Part shown: positions 35,980 to 44,967 of the stretch, one piece after another
Numbering within the stretch: the first letter of the stretch is position 1
How the letters are laid out: each line of letters begins with the position of its first letter
Source of the DNA: Candidatus Omnitrophota bacterium
Lineage (GTDB): Bacteria; Omnitrophota; Gorgyraeia; Duberdicusellales; 4484-171
Direction: 5' to 3'
Length of the DNA stretch: 64,000 nucleotides
Assembly: GCA_021735655.1 (NCBI GenBank)
Contig: JAIPGM010000003.1
Span: 32,001 to 96,000 of the forward strand
Made by a program: the position numbers and the translations under genes
The notes under the pieces: generated by a model
Database searches by the model: none
The model's input: the letters and a program-made list of their open reading frames with translations, nothing else
Told to the model about the DNA's origin: nothing

Positions 35980-37235
35980 CTGAAAGCCAAAAAATGAAGA
36001 TAGTAGATATAATCGATAGGATTGCTGTTTTTTTCTTTGCAGTTTTAATATTTTTTCTTCCTATTTCTAATGCTGCGATTGAGTCTTGTTTTGGGTTTAT
36101 TTACTTATGCTTCATAACCAGATGTTTTTTTAAGCGGCCGACCCTAAGAGCAATAAGAGAGTTTTTTGCCAATAGGGTAAATTTGTCGTTATTGGTTTTT
36201 TATTGCATTGCCGGAATATCAATGTTAGCCACAGGGTCTTTAATTGGTAAAAGTTTTAATGCTTGGTTCTTTAAATGGGGTGAGGGATTTTTACTATTTT
36301 ATTTTGCTCAAGTTTTTATAAAAAAGGAACATATAAAATATTTATTAGTAGTATTTTTCTGTTCTGCTTTTTTGATTTGCATCAATGGCATATATCAAAA
36401 AATATTTTATTCTGGTTTTATAAGAAATTTCAACCTGTCCATTTTATCAAGTAATTCCGGAATCGCTGCGGTTAGGTCTACTTTTCTTCATTATAATGAT
36501 TTTTCTAGTTATCTAACAGTTATATTTTTTTTGACTTTAGGATTTTTTCTTGACGAAAAAAAAATTATTCGAAGATTATTTATTTTTTGTTTATTCTCGG
36601 TGCTATTAGTTAATTTGTTATTTACACTTTCGCGAGGAGCTTGGCTAGCTTTAATAGTCGTTAGCTTTTTTTCAATAATTATTTTTTTTAGTAAAAGAAG
36701 GATAGCATTATCTTTATTTATTTTGGCCATTCTTGCGGGTACTTTATTCTTAATTCCAGGGTTTAACGGTAGGCTTGTGAGTATTTTCCAAGTTGGCGGT
36801 GATGCTGGTAGATTTTTTATATGGAAAACAGCGATGCTTATGTTTAAGGAATCCCCGTTACTAGGAAGAGGCCCAGGGTTATTCATGGATTATATGAATA
36901 GCTATCAATATCGAGGTATGAGCGGCCTAGGCTTTGCAAGCCCTCTGTATGCCCATAACTGTTACTTGCAAATTCTGGCTGAAATGGGAATATTTGGATT
37001 GTTGTCGTTTTTTTGGTTTTTGGGAGAGTTATTAAAGAAAGGCTATCGTAGGACAAGAAAGAGTGGAGACTTTTTGCTTTTAGGAATATTATTAGCCTTA
37101 GTTGCCTTTTTAATTCATTCTTTTTTTGATACCCAATTCTATTCATTAAAGTTATCGATTTTATTTTGGTTGCTTGTTTCGTTTCTTGGAGTGTGTATTA
37201 CAAAAGAGTCGCCAAAGGTAATTACTAGAAATTAA
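35976..37235 (+). CDS. O-antigen ligase family membrane protein (WaaL/Wzy_C)
   Basis: Polytopic. Signature LSRGAWLALIVVS...YAHNCYLQILAEMGIFGLL. Confidence 0.7.
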   Translation: MTESQKMKIVDIIDRIAVFFFAVLIFFLPISNAAIESCFGFIYLCFITRCFFKRPTLRAIREFFANRVNLSLLVFYCIAGISMLATGSLIGKSFNAWFFKWGEGFLLFYFAQVFIKKEHIKYLLVVFFCSAFLICINGIYQKIFYSGFIRNFNLSILSSNSGIAAVRSTFLHYNDFSSYLTVIFFLTLGFFLDEKKIIRRLFIFCLFSVLLVNLLFTLSRGAWLALIVVSFFSIIIFFSKRRIALSLFILAILAGTLFLIPGFNGRLVSIFQVGGDAGRFFIWKTAMLMFKESPLLGRGPGLFMDYMNSYQYRGMSGLGFASPLYAHNCYLQILAEMGIFGLLSFFWFLGELLKKGYRRTRKSGDFLLLGILLALVAFLIHSFFDTQFYSLKLSILFWLLVSFLGVCITKESPKVITRN

Positions 37236-37239
37236 AGAA

Positions 37240-38598
37240 ATGTTTTTTAAACCGAGAAAGAAAAAAGCATTTGTTATTGGCCTAGATTGTGCTCCGCCGA
37301 GACTTCTCTTTGATAAATTTAAAGATGAGCTGCCTAATTTCAAGATGATGCTAGATAAAGGGGTTCATTGTCCTATGCGTTCAGTGCATCCGCCGATTAC
37401 AATTCCAGCCTGGATGAGCATGTGCTCTGGCTTGGATGTTGGCGAGATTGGCGTTTATGGGTTTAGAACCCGAAAAGATAATTCTTATACAGAATTTGAT
37501 ATCTCTACTTCTAAAAAGTTTTCTCAAATCGATAAGATTTGGGATATTTTAGCAAAATTAAAAAAGAAAAGTGTTCTTGTAGGTGTTCCTCCAAGTTACC
37601 CAACTTATCATATTGATGGAGGTATGATTTCGGGATTTATTTGTCCTGACGCAGCCAGTAATTTTACTTATCCTGAAAGCTTAAAGGGTGAAATTGAAGA
37701 GTTAGTTGGAGAATATAAACTTGATGTGGTGTTTAGAACCGAAGATCGAGATAAGCTAATAAAATCTGCCTGGGAGATGACCGAGAAGAGATTCAAGGTT
37801 ATTGAGTACTTAATAAAAAATAAACAGTGGGATTTTTTTATGTTCGTTGAGATTGGCGTAGACAGAATTCAGCATGCTTTTTGGAAATATTATGATCCGT
37901 CACACCATCTTTATCAACCTGAGCATAAGTATAAAAACGTCATTTTCGATTACTATAAATTTATTGATCAAAAAGTTGGAAAGATTCTTTCAGTTTTGGA
38001 TAAAGATACTACTGTTTTTACAGTATCCGATCACGGGGCAAAGTCAATGAAAGGAGTTTTTTGTCTTAATGAATGGCTTATTGATAAAGGTTATTTAGTG
38101 TTAAATAAATATCCTGATAAGATAGCCAGCTTCAATCAGCTAGATGTTGATTGGCAAAAAACTCGGGCCTGGGGTTGGGGAGGCCATTGTGGAAGGATTT
38201 TTATTAATAAAAAGAACCGCGAAACTCAAGGGTTAGTTAGAGATTCTGAATATGAGAGTTTGCGCGACGGTCTAATTAAGGAGTTAGAAAATGAAACCGA
38301 TCCTTTAGGTAAACCTTGGAATACGAAAGTTTATAAGCCTAAGGATGTCTATAAAGTGTTAAATGGAACCCCTTCGGACCTTGTGGCTTATTTTGATGAC
38401 TTAGCATATAGGGGTGCAGGTACCGTAGGGCATAAAAAGATTTTTCTAGAAGAAAACGATACTGGTCCTGACGATGCCGCACATGATTGGCAAGGTGTAT
38501 TTATTGAGTATAGTCCTTTAAGTAAAAGTGCAGAAGAATTAAACCAAATAAGCATCCTTGATTTCAAAGATAGAGTATTAAAGAGCATGGGAATATGA
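37240..38598 (+). CDS. Alkaline-phosphatase-superfamily enzyme, type I phosphodiesterase/nucleotide pyrophosphatase (NPP, PF01663-like)
   Basis: VIGLDCAPPRLL...VHPPITIPAWMSMCSGLDVGEIGVYGF is comparable to the NPP nucleophile region (PTxTFPNHYxxVTGLYPESHGI). A distal metal-site motif VSDHGA is also present. Confidence 0.55.
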   Translation: MFFKPRKKKAFVIGLDCAPPRLLFDKFKDELPNFKMMLDKGVHCPMRSVHPPITIPAWMSMCSGLDVGEIGVYGFRTRKDNSYTEFDISTSKKFSQIDKIWDILAKLKKKSVLVGVPPSYPTYHIDGGMISGFICPDAASNFTYPESLKGEIEELVGEYKLDVVFRTEDRDKLIKSAWEMTEKRFKVIEYLIKNKQWDFFMFVEIGVDRIQHAFWKYYDPSHHLYQPEHKYKNVIFDYYKFIDQKVGKILSVLDKDTTVFTVSDHGAKSMKGVFCLNEWLIDKGYLVLNKYPDKIASFNQLDVDWQKTRAWGWGGHCGRIFINKKNRETQGLVRDSEYESLRDGLIKELENETDPLGKPWNTKVYKPKDVYKVLNGTPSDLVAYFDDLAYRGAGTVGHKKIFLEENDTGPDDAAHDWQGVFIEYSPLSKSAEELNQISILDFKDRVLKSMGI

Positions 38599-39668
38599 AA
38601 TCATTTTTAATTATTAATCCTTTTGGTATCGGTGATGTTTTGTTTTCTACACCGTTGATAAGGAACATTAAGGAAAACTTGCCTGAAAGTAAGATTTTCT
38701 ACCTTTGCAATCGACGCGCCCAACCGATTCTAGAAAATCACCCCTTAATAGATAAGTGTTTTATCTATGAAAGGGATGAATTCGAAGCCATAAGAAAGAG
38801 ATCAAAGATAAGCTGGTTTAAAAAAATATTAAGTTTTATATCTGAAATAAAAAAAGAGAAAATTGACGTTGCTTTAGACCTGTCTTTAAATCCGCAATTT
38901 GGATTTTTATCTTTTATTGCCGGGATAAAAGAGCGAGTTGGTTATGATTATAAACGGCGGGGTCGATTTTTAACTAAAAAAATTAAGTTTTCCGGCTATA
39001 AGGATAAACATGTCATTGAATATTACCTTGATCTTCTAAAATACATTAATTTAGAACCAATTCATCGAAAAACCGAGCTATTTTTGAGTAAAATAGATAA
39101 AAACAAGTTAGATCTTTGGCAAAGATATAATTTATCTGAAACTAATTTAAATATAGTTATAGCGCCTTGTGGCGGTGCAAGTTGGGGTTTAGAGGCAGGT
39201 TATAAACATTGGAACCTTGAGAAATTTGCTCAGCTAGCCGATAGAAGTATAAGCGAGCTTAAAGCTAGAGTAATCTTAGCCGGCAGTAGACAGGAAAAGG
39301 AAGCCATTGAAAAGGTTGAACGGTTAATGAGCAATAAGCCTCAGAAAGCGATCGGTCTAGAACTTGAAGATTTCCTTGCTATCTTAGCCAAAAGTCAGCT
39401 GGCAGTAGTCAATGACGGTGGAGTATTGCATATGGCCGTAGCCTTGGGGATTAAAACTGTATCTATCTTTGGTCCGGTCAATGAAGTAGTCTATGGGCCT
39501 TACCCGATTGATTCTAGTAAGCATGTTGTGCTTAAGGTTGATATAGGTTGTCGGCCGTGCTATGTAAATTTTCGTTTGCCAGAATGTGTTTATAATAAAA
39601 AATGTTTGAACGATCTCGAAGTCAGTGAAGTTTTTAAAGCGGTTAAGTCTTTAATGGATAAAAAATAG
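38595..39668 (+). CDS. GT9 glycosyltransferase (LPS heptosyltransferase family)
   Basis: IINPFGIGDVLFSTPLIRNIKENLPESKIFYLCN... and a C-terminal GGVLHMAVALGIKTVSIFGP motif. Confidence 0.8.
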   Translation: MKSFLIINPFGIGDVLFSTPLIRNIKENLPESKIFYLCNRRAQPILENHPLIDKCFIYERDEFEAIRKRSKISWFKKILSFISEIKKEKIDVALDLSLNPQFGFLSFIAGIKERVGYDYKRRGRFLTKKIKFSGYKDKHVIEYYLDLLKYINLEPIHRKTELFLSKIDKNKLDLWQRYNLSETNLNIVIAPCGGASWGLEAGYKHWNLEKFAQLADRSISELKARVILAGSRQEKEAIEKVERLMSNKPQKAIGLELEDFLAILAKSQLAVVNDGGVLHMAVALGIKTVSIFGPVNEVVYGPYPIDSSKHVVLKVDIGCRPCYVNFRLPECVYNKKCLNDLEVSEVFKAVKSLMDKK

Positions 39669-39696
39669 TCTGAAGTTAATTTAATAATTTAAGCTA

Positions 39697-41565
39697 ATGG
39701 ATATTTTTATTATTGGAATATTGTGGGCTGCGGCGACTTTTTTTCTTTTTGGGGTCATTGTTGGGATAGGAATAAGTTTTCTAAATAGGTTTAATTTTTC
39801 CTTTATTGGAAACCTATGGTTTTATTTTCTGACCGGCCTTTCCTATATAGCTTATTTAGGCGTAAGAATTATACCCTTGGCTGGTTTGTTGGGATTAATA
39901 TTGGAGGGGTTGCTTGGCATATCAAGATCTGCAGTTATTTTAGTATATCTTGGCTGCACGATTAATCTTCTGACTTACTTTTTTGCCAAATGGTATATTA
40001 CTGGAAAAGAAATACCCTCGACCGTCATAAGTTTCATCCCGGTGGTTCTTTTGGTAATTTTTCGTGAAAGTTTTTCATTGAAAATTATTACTTCTTTGGG
40101 TGCGGTTTGGCTGAGCTTAGTAATTTCAATTAGCTTTCTGGCAGCTTTAATAAGAACTTTTTTTCGTAAGAAAACTACTGGCCAAAAAAGCCAAATTAAA
40201 CCTAATAATTCTTTAAAGCCGGAAGTCAACCAGGTTAATAAAAAAGTAGCTTTTATAGGATTAGATGGTTGCGATTGGCAGTTATTAAAGAGATTTATAG
40301 ATCAAGGTAAATTGCTTACTTTCCGAAGGCTTATTGACGGGGGGGCGTCAGCTAGGCTTAAAACTATTCAGCCGACTCTCTCGCCTTTAATTTGGAACTC
40401 TATACTTACTGGCAAATCGCCTTCCGATCACGGTATCGCCCATTGGTATAAAACTAAATTTCCCCTTCTGCCTCCAGTCGTAGGGGATATTGTCCATCCG
40501 CGCTATTGCCGTTCGAAGCGGATTATTTTATGGTTAATAAAGAAAAATCTGATTAGAAGAATTCCTTTTTCAACCGAGGATAGAGGAGTTAAGGCCATTT
40601 GGAATATATTATCTGATTACGATAAGAGCTCTATTAACGTAGGGTGGATTTTTAGCTGGCCAGCTGAAAAGATTAGGGGGGTTCAGGTAAGTTGGCTTTT
40701 TTATCCTTTTGAGGAGGCAGCTCAAGGTTTTAAAAGATTTAGCTCAAGCAAATTGCCTCAAAGAGTCTATCCGGAAAGTCTATTTGCTGATCTTGAGCGT
40801 TTCATTGTTAGGCCTTCTGATTTAGCCGATGCTGAGTTACGCAGTATGCATTTTACAACCGAAAGTATTAATCCTGAGAAACTTTATGTTGATAAGTTAA
40901 GTCCCTGGGATTATACTAAAGACAAAACTTTTTTACAGGTTAGCAGTTATTTGCTCGACCAAAATAAAGAGTTTGATTTTTTCTCTTTATATCTTTATGG
41001 AATTGACGCCGTTTGTCATAATTACTGGCCATTTTCTAAAGATGCAAGCAACAATCAAAAGCATAAAAACGAGCTACTTTCAGTTAGCGACAGCGAAAAA
41101 TTTAAAAAAGAGGCTGAATCGTTTGATAAATGTATTTTGCGTTATTATGAATATTTAGATAGTGAAATTGCTAAACTTTTAAGTAAGCTTGGTCAAGATT
41201 GCAATATAGTCATAGCTTCTGACCACGGATTTAATTTAGACGGTAGTGAACATGAGAATGCCCCCGATGCGGTGTTGATTGCTTATGGACCTTATATCGC
41301 TAAGGGTAAAAACTTAAGTTCTCTTTCGATATATGATGTTTTGCCTACGGTTTTATGCTTGTTGGGCTTACCATTGGCAAATGATATGCCGGGCAGGGTA
41401 GCTAAGGAGTTGTTTAGCGATCAATTTTTGAATGCTTTTCCTTTTAACTATATTGATAGTTACGAACACACTAGCGATAAGTTAAATGATAGGAGCTTTA
41501 AATTGGATGAGGCTAGCCGCAAAGGTATAGAAGAACGCCTTAGGTCCTTAGGTTATATAGATTAA
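39697..41565 (+). CDS. Membrane-anchored alkaline-phosphatase-superfamily (NPP-type) enzyme
   Basis: About 170 aa of N-terminal TM helices, then VAFIGLDGCDWQLL...PTLSPLIWNSILTGKSPSDHGIAHW and ASDHGF. It is a paralogue of the 37240 gene. Confidence 0.55.
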   Translation: MDIFIIGILWAAATFFLFGVIVGIGISFLNRFNFSFIGNLWFYFLTGLSYIAYLGVRIIPLAGLLGLILEGLLGISRSAVILVYLGCTINLLTYFFAKWYITGKEIPSTVISFIPVVLLVIFRESFSLKIITSLGAVWLSLVISISFLAALIRTFFRKKTTGQKSQIKPNNSLKPEVNQVNKKVAFIGLDGCDWQLLKRFIDQGKLLTFRRLIDGGASARLKTIQPTLSPLIWNSILTGKSPSDHGIAHWYKTKFPLLPPVVGDIVHPRYCRSKRIILWLIKKNLIRRIPFSTEDRGVKAIWNILSDYDKSSINVGWIFSWPAEKIRGVQVSWLFYPFEEAAQGFKRFSSSKLPQRVYPESLFADLERFIVRPSDLADAELRSMHFTTESINPEKLYVDKLSPWDYTKDKTFLQVSSYLLDQNKEFDFFSLYLYGIDAVCHNYWPFSKDASNNQKHKNELLSVSDSEKFKKEAESFDKCILRYYEYLDSEIAKLLSKLGQDCNIVIASDHGFNLDGSEHENAPDAVLIAYGPYIAKGKNLSSLSIYDVLPTVLCLLGLPLANDMPGRVAKELFSDQFLNAFPFNYIDSYEHTSDKLNDRSFKLDEASRKGIEERLRSLGYID

Positions 41566-41566
41566 T

Positions 41567-42436
41567 ATGAAAATAGCTTTAATTTACAATAAGGATAATA
41601 ATTCTACTACTGGTATCTATATCGAGAAGGTATTTCAGGAAAATAGAATCAACTATAGTCATTTCTGGACCAAAGATGCGGATAATATTCCAAAACAGTT
41701 TGATCTTTACTTGCGAATCGATCACGGCGATTACAAATATGATCTTCCTGAGGATCTCCGTCCGGCCGTATTTTATGTTATCGATACCCATTTAAAAAAG
41801 CCTTATAAAAAAATCCGGCGACAAGCAAGACATTACGATGTAGTGTTTTGTTCAGAAAAAACTGGTTTGTTGTCTTTGCGTCGGCAGGTGAGGAATGTTG
41901 ATTTTCAGCGGCTTCCGCTCTCTTGTGATCCCCAGATTCATAAAAAATTAAACTTACCTAAAAAATATGATATCGGCTTTGTTGGTTCCCAAGCCCGTAA
42001 GTTTCCTCGCGGACGCCTGATAGATGTTTTGAGAGAGAAGTACCCGAATAGTTATATCAAGGGGGCAAAGTTTAAACAGATGAGTGAGATCTATAGCTCT
42101 TCTAAAATTGGCTTTAACTATGCTATTGCTAACGGTGTTAATATGCGTAATTTTGAGATAATGTCTTGTGGTTGTTTTTTGTTGACGAATCGGATAAAAG
42201 ATAACGGCTTTTACGAACTATTTGAAGAAGGAAAGCACCTTGTTACCTATAGCAATGAAAAAGAACTTTTGCGATTAATTGAGTATTATTTACATAATGA
42301 TAGCGAGCGAGAGCGTATTGCTCAGGCCGGGTTTGAGCTGGTGACTGAAAGACACACTTATTATCATCGGGTTCAAACCTTGTTTAATTATCTTGCTTTT
42401 AAATGGGGCGGAAAATTTAATCAGTTGAGGATATAG
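41567..42436 (+). CDS. CgeB-like glycosyltransferase domain protein (Glyco_trans_1_2-like)
   Basis: C-terminal FNYAIANGVNMRNFEIMSCGCFLLTNRIKD...HLVTYSNEKELLRLIEYYLHNDSERERIAQAGFELV matches the CgeB-family C-terminal domain. Confidence 0.5.
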   Translation: MKIALIYNKDNNSTTGIYIEKVFQENRINYSHFWTKDADNIPKQFDLYLRIDHGDYKYDLPEDLRPAVFYVIDTHLKKPYKKIRRQARHYDVVFCSEKTGLLSLRRQVRNVDFQRLPLSCDPQIHKKLNLPKKYDIGFVGSQARKFPRGRLIDVLREKYPNSYIKGAKFKQMSEIYSSSKIGFNYAIANGVNMRNFEIMSCGCFLLTNRIKDNGFYELFEEGKHLVTYSNEKELLRLIEYYLHNDSERERIAQAGFELVTERHTYYHRVQTLFNYLAFKWGGKFNQLRI

Positions 42437-42456
42437 GACATATATGAGTAAATGTG

Positions 42457-42485
42457 TTGCCAATACATTATAAATTGGTTAATAT
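42457..42485 (+). promoter_or_regulatory. Candidate sigma70-type promoter for the downstream cupin-aminotransferase-GT2-rSAM-ArnT-like operon
   Basis: -35 TTGCCA at 42457-42462, a 17-nt spacer, then -10 TAATAT at 42480-42485. It lies in the only sizeable intergenic region of this part of the locus. Confidence 0.4.
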
Positions 42486-42495
42486 AAGGAATTTA

Positions 42496-42590
42496 ATCCC
42501 TCGCAGAAATACCCGGGCTTTAGCCCGAGGGATGAATGCTCTTTTAGGATTTCTGCTCGGGAGGAAGCCCCCGGCCTTTTAGTCCGGGGA
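42496..42590 (+). promoter_or_regulatory. GC-rich structured 5' leader with mutually exclusive helices (candidate attenuator or riboswitch-like element)
   Basis: Helix 1: ATCCCTCG (42496-42503) pairs with CGAGGGAT (42526-42533), enclosing an inner GGGC-TTTA-GCCC hairpin. Helix 2: CCCCGG (42569-42574) pairs with CCGGGG (42584-42589). Alternative pairing: GCAGAAAT (42503-42510) is the exact reverse complement of ATTTCTGC (42549-42556) and extends imperfectly to CCCTCG/TCGGGAGG. This alternative competes with helix 1 or forms a pseudoknot. The element sits between the candidate promoter and the RBS/ATG at 42619. Confidence 0.4.
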
Positions 42591-42618
42591 GTCTTCACAA
42601 ATAAAAGAGAGGTAATTT

Positions 42619-43071
42619 ATGAAAGAACGCATAGAACATAAAGGTGAACTTTTAGGCCTTATTATAAGAGGAGACTATAATCCTTCTCAGACTGAGTTTT
42701 TTACACCTAATGAATTTAAGCAACAGGTTGGATATATATTTTACGATACCGGTCAGGAGGTGGCAGCTCATATTCATCATAATATGCCGCGTAGCCTTGA
42801 GGGTACTTCTGAAGTTTTAATTCTTAAAACCGGCCATGCCCGGATTGATTTTTATTCTCAAGATAAACAATATTTAGAAAGCCGGGAGATATTTCCCGGT
42901 GATATTATTATTTTAGTTTTTGGTGGGCATGGTATTCATTTTTATGAACCAAGTTTACTTCTGGAAATAAAACAAGGTCCTTATATCGGAGTTCAGGAAA
43001 AGGAAAGGTTTCCCTCGGCTTACCCAGAGCAAGAAAAGCTAAAGAAGGATGGTGAACCATTATCCCCGTAA
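42619..43071 (+). CDS. Cupin-fold protein (possible NDP-sugar ketoisomerase, FdtA/QdtA-like)
   Basis: 150 aa with a VAAHIHHNMP...E and ...VFGGHGIHF two-motif cupin signature. It lies immediately upstream of a DegT aminotransferase, the arrangement seen for 3,4-ketoisomerase/transaminase pairs. Confidence 0.4.
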   Translation: MKERIEHKGELLGLIIRGDYNPSQTEFFTPNEFKQQVGYIFYDTGQEVAAHIHHNMPRSLEGTSEVLILKTGHARIDFYSQDKQYLESREIFPGDIIILVFGGHGIHFYEPSLLLEIKQGPYIGVQEKERFPSAYPEQEKLKKDGEPLSP

Positions 43072-43079
43072 ATGAACCA

Positions 43080-44222
43080 TTGCTGCCGGGCAATGAATTA
43101 AAGTACGTTTCCGAGTGTCTTAAGACTAATTGGATTTCTTCTTCTGGCAGTTTTCTTGAGCGTTTCGAATCCGAATGGGCAAAGTATTGCGGTCAAAAAT
43201 ATGGTATTGCTGTTTGTAACGGAACGGTTGCTTTAGAGTTAGCTGTAGATGCTTGCAATTTTCCTAAGGGAAGTGAAATAATTCTACCTAGTTTTACTAT
43301 TATTTCTTGCGTCCAGGCGGTTACTAAAGCTGGTTGTAAGCCAGTGCTTGTTGATTGTGATTCGGAAACTTACTGTATGCAAGTAAGCCGGATAGAAGCA
43401 AAAATTACTGACCGGACCGTGGCAATTATGCCGGTACATATGTACGGACATCCAGTTGAAATGAAGCCAATAATGGACATTGCTCAGAAACACGGTCTTG
43501 TTGTTATTGAAGATGTGGCTCAGACCCAGGGAGGTGAATATCGAGGAAAAAAATGCGGTAGTTTTGGTAAGCTTTCCTGTTTTTCATTCTATGCAAATAA
43601 AAATATAACTACTGGCGAAGGAGGTATGGTTTTAACCTCTGATACTGTAATTGCTCAACGTTTGCGTAAGCTCAAAAATCTTTGTTTTTTAAAATCACCA
43701 AGATTTTTGCATTACCGGCTAGGCTATAACTATCGAATGACTAATATCCAAGCTGCTTTAGGCTTAGCCCAATTAGAGAATATCGATAGGTTCATTGAAC
43801 GTAAAATTGACATGGCCAAAAAGTATTCGCAGGCCTTAGTAAATTTACCGCTTCAATTACCTATGGAGCATAAATGGGCCAAGAATGTTATTTGGATGTA
43901 TAATGTGCTCCTTAAGGAAGATAAACAAAGCCAGGAGTTTTTTGAAAAAGACTGGAAAAATATAAGTCCAGAAGAGTATTTTAGATGGCCGGCATACAAG
44001 CTAATGAAAGTTTTAGAGCAGGCTGGAGTACAAACTCGTCCCTTTTTTATTGGAATGCATGAGCAGCCTGTGTTTCATGAGCAGGGGCTGTTTAAGGGTG
44101 AGAGATACCCGGTTACTGAAAAAATTGCTCGTTCTGGTTTTTATCTTCCTAGTGGCCAAGCGATAACTGATTTTCAGATAGATGAAGTTTCGCGAGCTTT
44201 AAAGGAGATATTTAATGAATAA
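43080..44222 (+). CDS. DegT/DnrJ/EryC1 family PLP-dependent aminotransferase (ArnB-like)
   Basis: CNGTVALELAV, DVAQTQG, and SFYANKNITTGEGG with the PLP Lys. Apparent TTG start at 43080. Confidence 0.75.
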   Translation: MLPGNELKYVSECLKTNWISSSGSFLERFESEWAKYCGQKYGIAVCNGTVALELAVDACNFPKGSEIILPSFTIISCVQAVTKAGCKPVLVDCDSETYCMQVSRIEAKITDRTVAIMPVHMYGHPVEMKPIMDIAQKHGLVVIEDVAQTQGGEYRGKKCGSFGKLSCFSFYANKNITTGEGGMVLTSDTVIAQRLRKLKNLCFLKSPRFLHYRLGYNYRMTNIQAALGLAQLENIDRFIERKIDMAKKYSQALVNLPLQLPMEHKWAKNVIWMYNVLLKEDKQSQEFFEKDWKNISPEEYFRWPAYKLMKVLEQAGVQTRPFFIGMHEQPVFHEQGLFKGERYPVTEKIARSGFYLPSGQAITDFQIDEVSRALKEIFNE

Positions 44223-44967
44223 ACATTTATCACTTTCAGTAATTTTGCCTACTTACGATGAGGCTGAAAATATAAGACCTTTGATAGAAAGCATAGCTGA
44301 GGCCACTGAGCATCTTCAGGAAATAATAGTTGTTGATGATGATTCTCCTGATGGGACGGCTGATGTTGTTGAAGATATGATCGAAAGCGGAAAATACCCT
44401 TTTCTAAAACTGGAAAGAAGGCTTAAAAACCCTAGCTTAAGAAATAGTATTTGGAGAGGCATAGAGCTAGCTAGCGGAGATACTGTTGGCTGGATGGATT
44501 GCGATTTTTCCATGCCACCTAGATACTTTCCGGTACTTCTATCTTTAGTAAATGCAGATTATGATATAGCTTTAGGTTCTCGTTTTGTTTTAGGGGGTAC
44601 TTGGAGAGAAGAAACTTTGGAGGATTCAGATACGATTTTAGCGGCTTCAGGTAGCAGGCTGATGAATTTTTTTATTCAGATTTTTCTTGACCACAGAGTT
44701 AGGGATTATACCAGTGGTTTTGTAGTTGCCCGGCGCGATATTTTTAAACGGATTAAATTAAGGGGTGATTATGGTGAGTATTTCATTGATTTTATATATC
44801 GGGCCTTAAAGTTAAGGTATCGGGTGGTTGAAATTCCCTATGTTTGGGCTTCCAGAAGAAGGGGATATTCTAAAACAGGTAATAACCTTAAGGATTATTT
44901 TAAGCGAGGAAGAAAGTATATAGCTACAGTCTTGCGTTTGTTGCTTACGCGAAATTATGAATATTAA
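44215..44967 (+). CDS. GT2 polyprenyl-phosphate sugar transferase (ArnC/DPM1-like)
   Basis: LSVILPTYDEAENIRPLIESIAEATEHLQEIIVVDDDSPDGT. The short soluble GT2 form is typical of Und-P/Dol-P sugar synthases. Confidence 0.65.
   Translation: MNKHLSLSVILPTYDEAENIRPLIESIAEATEHLQEIIVVDDDSPDGTADVVEDMIESGKYPFLKLERRLKNPSLRNSIWRGIELASGDTVGWMDCDFSMPPRYFPVLLSLVNADYDIALGSRFVLGGTWREETLEDSDTILAASGSRLMNFFIQIFLDHRVRDYTSGFVVARRDIFKRIKLRGDYGEYFIDFIYRALKLRYRVVEIPYVWASRRRGYSKTGNNLKDYFKRGRKYIATVLRLLLTRNYEY

Noticed and set aside
1994-41158. Short + strand ORFs in alternative frames: 1994-2179, 22307-22492, 22524-22730, 40973-41158
   Set aside because: They are embedded in and out of frame with well-supported genes (the WbuX-like gene, the membrane protein, the NPP gene). 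Overlapping coding at this scale is implausible and there is no supporting signal.
42496-42534. Helix 1 of the 42496-42590 element as a simple rho-independent terminator of the CgeB-like gene
   Set aside because: It is about 60 nt beyond the stop and the trailing U-tract is weak (CTCTTTTAGG). It follows a candidate promoter and is accompanied by a second helix and an exact 8-nt alternative pairing. A regulatory leader is therefore favoured, but the terminator reading is not excluded; see the would_refute entry of that finding.
43072-43101. Short ATG-initiated ORF MNHCCRAMN overlapping the start of the ArnB-like gene
   Set aside because: Nine codons in a different frame. The DegT homology begins at the TTG at 43080, so this is not a real gene; at most it shows that the start-codon assignment there is uncertain.
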